Of a stretch of 41,922 nucleotides of DNA, positions 12,901-24,900 are shown one piece after another. The stretch lies in NCBI RefSeq assembly GCF_001194135.2, contig NC_068981.1, forward strand, positions 88,002,978 to 88,044,899, read 5' to 3'. The position numbers were made by a program, and so were the translations under genes. A model generated the notes under the pieces. That model saw only the letters and a list, made by a program, of their open reading frames with translations, ran no database searches and was not told the origin of the DNA. Each line of letters opens with the position of its first letter. The first letter of the stretch is position 1. This DNA comes from Octopus bimaculoides (Eukaryota).

Positions 12901-15900
12901 AAGTGTGGAATGGGTGGGGCACTTTTTAAAAATTTCTTTTGAAAATACAACTATAATATGCTTGAATCAATTGGGCTAAACAAGCAATCTTTAGTCTCAA
13001 ACAATTATGATGAAATTAAGTGAAAAAGGAACAAAGGAAGAGAGAGAGAAAAAAAAAACGAAAAGATGTGTGTGTATATAATTCTTAGTATTATGCTGTA
13101 AGGAGGAAATGTACATTAAACTCTCTGTTCATTTCTTCCTTACAGTGTAAAAATAAATACTACGAAATTTTATTCTTTCATCAGGATATTTTTTTGCTGG
13201 ATTACTACATTGATGCAAACTATAATCTAGGTTATCAGATTACACTCATTTATTATTATTATTGAGTGAAAGAGCAGTGCATGCCATCAAAGTGACACTG
13301 GGGTACAAATATACAAAGCCCAATATACCCATCACAACTACTCGTCTGATAAGGGAACATCAGGCACATGCATCACAACCATATGTGCATGACTTGGTGA
13401 TTTCATATCAAGATTAGCAGTGTATGACCTTGCAGGTGGGGCCCAGTTAGATTTTTTTTCAGGACAAGTAGCTCATCCAGCTTAAAAGGTCCTTGAATAA
13501 GATTTGTTTAAAGATGTTAAAATGAAACACCCATGTTTCCAGAGGTGTTTTATTCAAACCCAAAAGAATTTCTCTCAACACAAGGCTATGAAGCTCCCCC
13601 ACTACTTCTGCTCATGATCAGAGATGCACATATCATCAGTCACCAAGGGACATGCTCAACAGTTATGGTCAAACAGCTGACAAGCAAATCTGTGGTATTG
13701 AGCAGAATATTTCCTGTAGTCCATCTCTTATACTAAAACAAAACATGTACATGATAACACTTTCAATCAGTTAAGATCAGAAGCCATGAGAGCCAGTGCC
13801 TGGTACTGCATCATATTATTATGGCAGCAAGCAAGCACGATTGTTACCTTGCCAGACAAAATAATAAGCAACATTTCTTCTGGCTTTACGTTCTGAGTTG
13901 AAATGCTGCTGTGGTTGACTTTGCCTTGCAGAGTCAATAAAATAAGTACCAGTTGAACACTGGGTCAATGTAATCGACTTACCCCTTACCCTAAAATTGC
14001 TGGCCTTGTGCCAAAATTTGAAGCCATTATTATTAAGTGGGCAAAACTATTAGCTGTTACACAGAAATGCTTTGTAGTACTTCTTGCGGCTCTTTACATT
14101 CTGGCTTCAAATTCCATAAGGTTGACTTTGCCTTTCATCCTTTCAGGGTCAATAAAATAAATACCAGTGGAGTTGTGGGGTCGATGTAATCAATTAACCT
14201 CCACTCCACAAAATTTCAGGCCTTGTGCCTATAGTAGAAAGAATTATTATAGTGCATCTATGTCTGTTGAACTTAGAGAACATGTTGCTCAACAGAATGC
14301 TTAAGTCTCTGACAACACTTCAAATTTCAGGTGCCAATCTTTGATTGCTACTTAATAACCTATGGATATATGGCTTCAGGAAGGTGAACTTAACATTTAG
14401 ACCATACATCCTGATTACAGGGCTAGTGGAACCAATGCTCATATAAAACATTTAAAAAAATGTGGTTTCTATGTAAAACTACTGGAGTAGATTACACTTA
14501 AAATTAATCCCCTGTAACAATGTTTGATCACTGATTTCATTTTATCTACAAAATCTATTGAGTGCATTTAATCCACCATCCTCCAATAGTCCGTTGCTAG
14601 GATTCATTTCTCTTTCTTTCTCTGATTCATCAATAATGCTTTATTAACCACTTCTGTTGGGGTGGTAAAAAAGTTTGTAGCGTATTTTAAGTAAAATTTA
14701 TTAGCAATATTTAGATAGTTGTACATACCTTTACTCAACCACATATTTCCTATTTTGTTCCACTACCTTTCACAATATTTGAGGCAGCTTCATGATCTCA
14801 TCCTTCCAGAAAATTCTGGGTCATGAACTGGTATAAGTAGTTTTTATACCCTTTTAAAGAATCGAAGTTCTTTCTATTAAGAGAATTTTGCAGGGATTGA
14901 AATAAATGAAAATCTAAAAGCGCAAGGTCAGGTGGGTGGGTTAGGACATCCCACACAAGCTGTACCAATTTCTGCCTAGTCGGCAAAGAAATGTGCAGTT
15001 TAGCATTGTTCTGATGTCTGGTTGCAGTCTAGCATTGTCCAGTTGCCCAATTCTGGATGTTTTTCATCAATCACCTCCTTTAATCGGTCTAATTGGGAAC
15101 AATAATAGTTTGAATTTAACATCTGATTTTGTGGAAATAATACACAATGCCCTTCTAGTCCCACCAGATGTAGAGCATCACCTTCTTCAGAAACAAACCA
15201 GCTTTTGTTGAGATTGAAGGTGGTTCATTTTGTTTTCCCCAAGACCTTTTTTCATGTAATGTAAATAATCCAATTCACATGAGATATATGGAGAATCTCC
15301 ATGTTGTCTTGCGTAGTCTGACATGGATTATTTTTATTAAAGTCCTGACTGTAAGCCTGTTGGAACATTCACAATCTTCCAGATCAAAATTTTCAGTTCT
15401 AAACCAAGCGAACCACTTACAAACAGTACTTTCAGCTATGACACCGTCTTTGTAAACAGCACATATTTTCTTTGTTATTTGTGCAGCATTTTTGCCTTTC
15501 CGGAAATAAAAGAGCATTAACTGACGAAAATGTATTTCATTTCTTTCATTTTCAATTTCATAAGAACAGTAGAAGTTAATAATCCACACAAAATTCAAAT
15601 AAAAAAATGTGTTGAGATCTCCTCTTTCAGAAAATATATATATGTCATATGTTTCTGTCATGTGATAAAACAGATCACATGATTAAACATCACCAATTGA
15701 AAAACGCTACAAACTTTTTTACCAACCCAATAATTCCATGTATTCATATATTAGTTGCACATCATTAATCAAGCCAAAGCTGGATCCTCTATATAGTCCT
15801 TCAAAATGCAAGAAATAGTAGCCAGATTTCCCTCAAAATGCACCTACCAAATTAACAAAGAAAGAATACATTGGATAATGTAGCATTAAATACACTAAGC

Positions 15901-18900
15901 CTAATGAACAAGACAAAGTAGTCAAGATGAGAATGCTAAACCAGAGATTCCTGGCTAAACAACAACTTTAAATTTCCCATTATCTTTCATATACTTTCTG
16001 ATAACTGCTATTATGAATAGTTCTAGTTAGGTATTGACTTCTTTCTTCAATGAAAATGTTCACCATATTTTCTAACATCTTTATAATCAAGTAGCAATTA
16101 AGGACTCTGAAATGATAGGAAGAAGAATCACACCAAACCCTGCTTTATATGAGGTAATCTCAAATTAAAGGTTTATTTTTAATACTGTTTATTAATAAAC
16201 TTCACACTCTACCTTACTATAGAACAGTGTCTTGCATCTTATATCACTAAAACAAAACCTGTTCTTTAGACTTTTTGGTTACCACTTATTTCCATTCAAA
16301 ACTTCCAAAAGAATTAACACTACTCCCAATTCATACTATCTCATTCATTAATTTCAATAACAATGTTACCATTAAAAGCTCTCTTTCATTCATGAAATTA
16401 TATTGTATAATTTTTACCCACAAAAAAGACCACAACATCAAGTCTTCTAGTTTCATATTTATAACATTTCCTCTCATTTCTAACAGAGAGGTTTCTTATT
16501 TGAATAATCCATCAGTTTATGACTTCTTAGATCTGAAAAAGTTACATGTGAAACAACCACATCATTAACATGTTCTTGTTAAAGGTCTTCGGTTGTTCAG
16601 AGAATTGGAGTTACCCACATAATCCACTGGAAAATACAAGCTAGACATTGCAAGACAATGAAGTTGTATGAGGACACAACATAATTTGCATGTGTGCACA
16701 TACACACACAAATATATAAGAAAAAAGAAGCATGAAGAAAGAAACTAGTGTTTACCAATAAAAGATGATCCAATAATTACAACATTCTTCCTTTTGCTCT
16801 CTGTTGCAATATAATTAGCTTCACTTGGAGTTCTTAGGAAACAAACATTCTGCAAATCATTTCCAGGAATCTCTAATGATCTTGGACTGAAGGGAAATCA
16901 AAAGTGAGCAAGCATTAAATTATCTGATAATTTTATATATGACAATAGTCAAAGAAAAGTGACTACATACCTTCTAATAGTTCAGGTCAGACTGGTACTA
17001 AATAACTAATGAAGATACACACAGGTGCATATATGTCCTGTATTACAGAAATACGATTGCATACATTTACAAATGATTACAAAAGTTCTGACACACTGAA
17101 TCCTGACAATATCTTTAATAAAGAATGCTAAAATCTCTTCTTTAGTAACTTAACTGGAATTGTCTTCTGTCTTTTACCTGTTTCAGTCATTAAACTGTGG
17201 CCATGCTGGGGCACCACCTTGAAGACTTTTTAGTCTAAGTGACCCCACTATTTATTTTTTTTTAAAACTTGGTACTTATTTCATTGGTCTCCTTTTTGCT
17301 GAACCACTAAGTTACAGGGATATAAACAAATCAATACCACTTGTCAAGCAGTGGTGAGGAACAAACACAAAGACACAATATGACGGGTCTCTTTCAATTT
17401 CTGTCTGCCAAATCCTAGAACCATGTGTCTAGTAAGAAGCTTGCTTCTTACTAGACAACTATATCTATGTATTGTATGTCATTTTTTTAGGATGTCATCT
17501 TGGGTCTTTACTAGACTAGCTTTCAATTGCTTTCTCTAGGTAAGCATCGATTACGAGATAGCTAGAAAGCAGAGGAGGGGAGAGGGAATTATTTTTGACT
17601 TTATATACAGTATCTAATGTAATTTCTTTTGTTTTTTTGCTACTAGAACATTGGTGAACAAGCTTTCAACATGAGTTTCTTCTAAAAATCTTTAGAAATT
17701 CATCAGATTCTTCAATTTTATGTGTATTGAGAGGTCACAGCTCCACATTGAGAGATCACAGCTTCAGTACTGTAGACATGTGATTAGAATGTTGTAGAAA
17801 AGAATTGCAAGATGGATTCTTCAAACTGAGCCAACTGGCGGGAAACTTAGAAGTAGGCCAAAAGTGAGATGTTTGGATAATATCCAGTCTCAGTTGATCA
17901 TGCTTGGGAATCCAGTAAGAAAGTCTAAAGATGGTTGCTTCTGATAGGATCTTAAGGCAGAAATGTGAGAGGATTCCATCCCACTGACTCACCCAAGAAT
18001 AGAAGATGAATGGATAGGTGGCATAAAAGTGACAAAAGTAACATGATTTGCCTCAGTCATAATTATAAATAGAGATCCAGCAAGATAATAATCAACTAAT
18101 CAAAAATCAAACTAAACAAACTAATTAAATGTGATAAATTAACAAACAGGAACTGCTTATTTTTCCATCATCAAAAGGGAATACCCTGTATCAAGTACAT
18201 GTACACACACACATACATACAGCATGCTGAAAGTGCACAAACAAAGCAATTTCCTCCAACCTATATCATCACAAATTTATATGCGTCTACAAATAAAATC
18301 ACCAAACAATTGGATAGCATTATCAAAAATTATGCCTTTTACCTTTTACTTGTTTAAGTCACTGGACTATGGCCATGCTGGGGCATCACCTTGAAGTGTT
18401 TTAGTTGAATAAATTGACACCAGTACTTACACTTTTTTTTTTTTTTCAAGTCTGGTACTTATTCTATCGGTCTCTTTTGCCAAACTGCTAGGTTGCCACT
18501 TGGCAAGTGGTGGAGGAGTGATAAACACACACACAAAGACACACACATGCATATATATATACATATATATATATATAAATTCAATAATAGGACGAATTCT
18601 TTTACAAGAATTTATCAAGTAGCTAGCATGAAAAAACCTCATAAGGGAAAAAATCCATCATTTATTCCCGAAATATATATTTATATTTATATAAGGGCAT
18701 TACTATACGATAACGCCTCACGCCATGAGGGACTCTAAGGTCAGACTACTATAAAAAGCACATTTTTNNNNNNNNNNNNNNNNNNNNNNNNNNNNNNNNN
18801 NNNNNNNNNNNNNNNNNNNNNNNNNNNNNNNNNNNNNNNNNNNNNNNNNNNNNNNNNNNNNNNNNNNNNNNNNNNNNNNNNNNNNNNNNNNNNNNNNNNN

Positions 18901-21900
18901 NNNNNNNNNNNNNNNNNNNNNNNNNNNNNNNNNNNNNNNNNNNNNNNNNNNNNNNNNNNNNNNNNNNNNNNNNNNNNNNNNNNNNNNNNNNNNNNNNNNN
19001 NNNNNNNNNNNNNNNNNNNNNNNNNNNNNNNNNNNNNNNNNNNNNNNNNNNNNNNNNNNNNNNNNNNNNNNNNNNNNNNNNNNNNNNNNNNNNNNNNNNN
19101 NNNNNNNNNNNNNNNNNNNNATTGACACCAGTACTTACACTTTTTTTTTTTTTTCAAGTCTGGTACTTATTCTATCGGTCTCTTTTGCCAAACTGCTAGG
19201 TTGCCACTTGGCAAGTGGTGGAGGAGTGATAAACACACACACAAAGACACACACATGCATATATATATACATATATATATATATAAAACTGTCTGATGAA
19301 CAGGAATATGAAACTCTGAGTAACAGTTTTTGTGATATTTTTGCTGCTTTTTAATAATATATATATATTTGGGAGAATTTACGAAAAAAACAACAATAGA
19401 CGAGGACAGGTGGTGTAAACAACAAAAGGATGTATTAGTTTAACGCTTGGGAATAGAGAACGTTTCGAGCTACGCTCTTCAACAGAAAGAAATAAGGAGA
19501 AAAATAGATAGATAAGGCTTCCACACAGTTTCTGAATACCAAATTCATGCATATGACAATTAGTCAATCAGGGTTGTAGTAGAAGACACTTGCTCAAAGT
19601 GCCATACAGTGTTATTGAATGTGAAACCACTTGGTTGCAAAGTGAGCTTCTTAACCACACAATTAATATGCAGTCATTAGAAGAAACAAAAAGTGTAGGC
19701 ACCACCTCAACTTTATGTAAAAAAGTTTGTTCACGAAAGTTTCAGTAGCAAATCATACTGGATAATATATTTATTGTTTCTGCCATGATATTAGATTTTA
19801 TGGTATCAAATAATATCATATCTGTTTCTGCCTTTATTGCTGCTAGTGATATTAAGTAATGTATAGTATTGTGGGGAAGTTATTATACACCATTAGGTAT
19901 ATACCGCTTCCGCACATTAAATTTCTTGAAGAAACAACGGAATGCAGATTCTGAACAACACAACAATATTTATTTACAGTGGAATTCGGCTCACGCTTGG
20001 AGGGAATTCGGTAGCTCGTCGCCATTGGTTACTGAGACGCCTTCTGAATGAAGTTCGTGGTTATTTGTGAAGCTCTGGTGCTGAGATGTGAGAGAGCTCT
20101 GTTGGACGTCTTGGCTCGACGGAGATCAGTGAACGAAGAGGCTGAGAAGAGGCGCGAAAGCTTGGGTGTCGAACTCTACGCATGCGCATGAGACTCTTCC
20201 TGAACTAGTCCCTGCACATGCGTGGATAAAACTCCGGACATTGAACATATAACAGTCGTCTGCTATAAAAGCGTCACTACAGTATCATCCAAAATAAAGC
20301 TAGTTGTGATACCAGCCAATTCATTGAAGAAAGTATTAGAGATATGTACATGGCCACAATAGGGAACAAAGCAGTACCAAAGCACAAACAAATTGCATGC
20401 ATAACATATTTGGTGGATATACCCCTTGTGATGGATACTGAGAACAAGCATGACCAATATGATATACAAACTAGATTGTAAAAGCAAAAGTTGTAAACTT
20501 CCTAACTCCTACTGTTGCACTGGTTATACAAATACAACATTCTCTCATAATCTCATTGTAATGAAAAACAATTGTAGCACTATACCATAACAAATTAAAA
20601 TAGGCAGGAAAACATTAGTGGACAATATATCCATACTATAGTGTACAGAATTCCTCATAAAAACAGATGGTTACTAATGGAAACATTACTCATAAGACAG
20701 CACAATGCTACAATAAACACATAAAACACAAATACATTATAAACAAAATAAACAGGAGACTAATGATGTATAAATCTAATGGTTAAATTTCAAATTGTCA
20801 ATGTCTCCACAAATTTGGATGATAAACTCTATAGAAATCCCATTTACCTTCCATAAAAGAGGCAATTACACAAACCAACAACTTCACATCTTGATGATGA
20901 GGCTATTAAAGTTTAGAAATGTTGATGAATTCAGCTCCTTAATTGTTTTAAATTAAGATCAAGGGACTTAAACAATAATATTAAAATGTATTAATAAAAA
21001 AGTTAAAACTTGAACATGGTTATATTTTTAGTATAATATACAAGTATCTATCTATTTGTGTGCATGTATTACATGTATATATTTTATAACACAAAGGCAG
21101 TTTCTCAGAATCCTTCAACAGCCACAATGGCATCAAACAAGGTTGTGTCTTGGCCCACACACTATTTGGAGTTTCCCTTGCTGTGCTGTTGAAACAGACT
21201 TTTGTCAATGCAACAGTGGGGATCTATCTGTATACTAGATCAAGTGACAGGCACTTCAATCTGTCCCACCCCAAACCCAAGACAAAAATATATTACTTAT
21301 ACATAAAGCCTATAATAAGGTTGTTTGGCTGGTACAAACGAACACCATGTATCCAGCATAGCATATGGACGACTGTTCATCGCTATTTCCCTATGTAAGT
21401 GGAGGGAAATAGCGATGAACAGTCGTCTATATGCTATGCTGGATACATGGTGTTCGTTTGGTATGTTGATTCACTGTTTATTTCTATTTTTCTGGACCAT
21501 ATTATACTGACAAGTAGAAGTTGTATAATACTACAATAACTACGAAATCATGATCTATAATTTAGTCCGTTTTTAAGGGGTTGGCTTTGAGAGTTGCATT
21601 TCCTCGCATTCGGTAAAAATGTGCTTTTTATAGTAGTCTGACCTTAGAGTCCCTCATGAGATAAAGAGGGGCCTGTGACTATCTTTNNNNNNNNNNCGAT
21701 GAACAGTCGTCTATATGCTATGCTGGATACATGGTGTTCGTTTGGTATGTTGATTCACTGTTTATTTCTATTTTTCTGGACCATATTATACTGACAAGTA
21801 GAAGTTGTATAATACTACAATAACTACGAAATCATGATCTATAATTTAGTCCGTTTTTAAGGGGTTGGCTTTGAGAGTTGCATTTCCTCGCATTCGGTAA

Positions 21901-24900
21901 AAATGTGCTTTTTATAGTAGTCTGACCTTAGAGTCCCTCATGAGATAAAGAGGGGCCTGTGACTATCTTTTGGATCTTTCTCTAAGATAAAAAGCCTTAC
22001 CCCCACCTTTGAATTTTGAAAAGACTTTTACTTCCAAAATCTGTTTTGCCTTCTCAAATTACTCAGCAGCAGCTGCACACGCACACACACACGTGTCACT
22101 AAATCTGATAATAATAAAATAAGGAACTGACTGTGACTTACTTGCCTCCTGTGGCTAATAACAGCTTGGTGTAACTTATCTCTGTCCCATCTTTAAATAT
22201 TGCTATTTTCTTTTCGCTGTCAATATTAACAAGCTGAATAATAAAACAAACAAAATACAGTTCCTAATAAGAAAAGTGCATATGGATAAAGATTTCTTAA
22301 TTGAAGGTTAACTGAGTCATCATTGTTGTCGTCACTGTTTAATGTCCACTTTTCCAAACTTGCATGGGTCGGATGGAATTCATTGAGGCAGATTTTCTAT
22401 AGCTGGATGCTCTTCCTGTCATCAATGTTTTACCTTTTTCTAAGCAAAGTAATATTTCCCCATAACTATACATGGAAGACTGAGAACAAGCAATATTGCT
22501 TGTATGATGGTGATGCTCACCTTCTCACGTCAAGATAACGGTACACACAAACATATACAAATATATGTATATTGGGCTTCTTCCAGTTTCCATCTACCAA
22601 ATCTACTTCCAAGTCATAATTGGTGTCTATAAGGGTTAATGACAAGAAGGGCATCTGTTCATAAAACACTCCCTCAGAAAAACCATCCAAACTATGGCAG
22701 TATGGAAAAGTGGATGTAAAATGATAATAACAAGAGCACTCAGAGAGTGCGAAACTCTGCCAAGGCAACACCAATGTCCTCTCAACAATTAACCAGAGAT
22801 GATTTTTAAAATGAGAATATCTGAAATAAACTCGACTGCTCTCACAAACAAGAATACTAAAAATGAACCTGACTGCTCTCAAAATCTAATCAGTTCGTGC
22901 CAGTCACGAGGCCAAATATCCCTGAAAGTTTCATCTGAATCCATTCAGCGGTTCTTGAGATATCTTGTTCATGGACAAACAAACAAACAAATGGGTGCAC
23001 AGAGCTTTGTATATTTGTATCCCAGTGTCACTTTGATGGCATGCACTGCTTTCTCGTTCAATAATAATGATTTCTTTATTAACCACAAGGGTTTACACAA
23101 ATAAAAATATTATGGACAGCACAGGACAAAACAAACAATGTGTATGTGTGTGTGTTGTGAGGGTTTTGTGTGTAAACAAGACTAACAAAATTAAAGGAAA
23201 AAGAAATTAAAAATGTGTAATCCTCAATAGGGAGGAGACATTTGAGGGCTGCTCATGGAAAATCCCCATAAAAAAAATCATGGGTACCCTGACTTTTGGG
23301 GCAGGTGCTTTTTCCTTTCCTTTTTTTTCCAATTATAGGCATATGCTCAGGGCAAGCCCATTCACTTGTACCATTCTCGTCACTTTCATCCACCTTTCAG
23401 CACACTGGTTAGAAGACAACACTTCCCTCTCTACCCTTATTTTCCTTTTCAAGTGAAACTTAAAGTTCATCAGGGATTGGCCAAAGAGAAAAGTGTTTGT
23501 CGTCATCCCCTTCAATCTTGTCCACCAGGCATATAAAAACAGTCTTTTCTTTCCAGTTAAAGGAAGGTGGTGGGAAGATCTTCACGATGGATTCAGTTGA
23601 CAGCCATATCTGTCCCACAAGCGACAGCAAGTATTCATCATAAACCCATAAGTCAACAATGTTCGGGCACTGGACAAGAGCATGCAGGACTGTCTCGTTG
23701 TCCTGCACGCATCTTGGACATGCTCGGCTGACCGTACTTCTGTGCCTGTAAAGTTTATCTTAAACAGGCAAAGCTCCCCAGTAGCACTGCGCGGCCAGAG
23801 ATTTTTGGAAATTATTCATTAGTCCTGGCCCGAAAATTCTCTGGAAAAGAGCAACTAGCTGACCTTCAATGCCCAACATCTCCCCGTTGCACTTTTCCTC
23901 CACTAATCCTCTATAAAAAGTTGAAGTGGACATTCCACCTATTGCACTGTCCGATTGGCTGAGGGCTGTGAGTGCTTGAAGACATTCCACTTTCCAAATG
24001 TTCTCCCTCGGTCTCTGTTTTGCTCAGGACTGTAGTTCCATCAAGGAAACTAGCTGTGGAAATACATGTCTGGCAAACGGTGACCACACCTGTTCACCAT
24101 CTAGGAAGCACTGAAGATGTAGCTTCAGCGCATGTCTGCACATCATCAACCATGGCATGCTCAGGCCACCACACAGTGGGTGTTGACAGCAGATAGACCG
24201 CCTGACCATCGGGATGCATCCTTTCCACAAAAAGCTGAAGAGAATACGTTCAAGCATAATCAGATGGTGACCAGGACAAGGCATGACGGTCAAGCAATAG
24301 TAGATAATGGATGTGATGTACACGTTAGCCACCTCTCTCCAACCTTTCAGGGATAACTTTCTCTCGGCCCATTTCTGGGCGAGAGTAGTCACCCTGTTCA
24401 TTACTTCATCTTAGTCTTTGTCCATCTGGAGGTCCAGACCAAACCAGACCCTGAGCAATTTAACCAGTCCGTCTGTCCAGCACCCAATGATGCAGTTGGA
24501 CAGCATGGACCTGCTTCTCCAGGTGCCAAGCCACAAGCCCACTGATTTTTCCTGGTTAATTATCACTCCTGAAATCGCCTCATAGTCCCTGAGTGTAGTG
24601 CCAATCATTTCTATGTGTTTATGATCCGACACCACTGTGGTGATGTCATCGGCATATGCCGACACACATCTCCCACATCCTAGGTCATGTGGGATGCCAC
24701 TCAAAACCTCCAGTTTGTGCAGTAGTGGCTCAAAAGTCAGTATGTACAAGTGTGTGTGTTTTGTGTCGTTTGAATGATTTGTATGTGTGCATGTAAGGAG
24801 ACTGTGGGTGTGACAAAATCGTCTGTTGTAATGTTTGTGTGTGTTATGTACTTCATGAATTCATTGTTTTTTTGTGCTTATTGCCATGTAGTTTGTAATG

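Larger units (their letters stand above)
18330..19660 (-). mobile_element. SINE family B copy split by (TA)n-anchored insertions and an assembly gap (tail 18330-18550, duplicate 19121-19260, head about 19530-19660)
   Basis: tail and head motifs as in other family B copies; 18413-18579 identical to 19121-19287. Confidence 0.6.

Noticed and set aside
16560-16630. Minus-strand acceptor followed by DYVGNSNSLNNRRPLTRTC*
   Set aside because: Not AIFM3-like; the real exon is 16756-16886
21413-21970. 274-bp direct duplication (21413-21686 = 21697-21970)
   Set aside because: Identical copies around a 10-N gap; assembly artefact. The same pattern occurs at 35953 and 36760.
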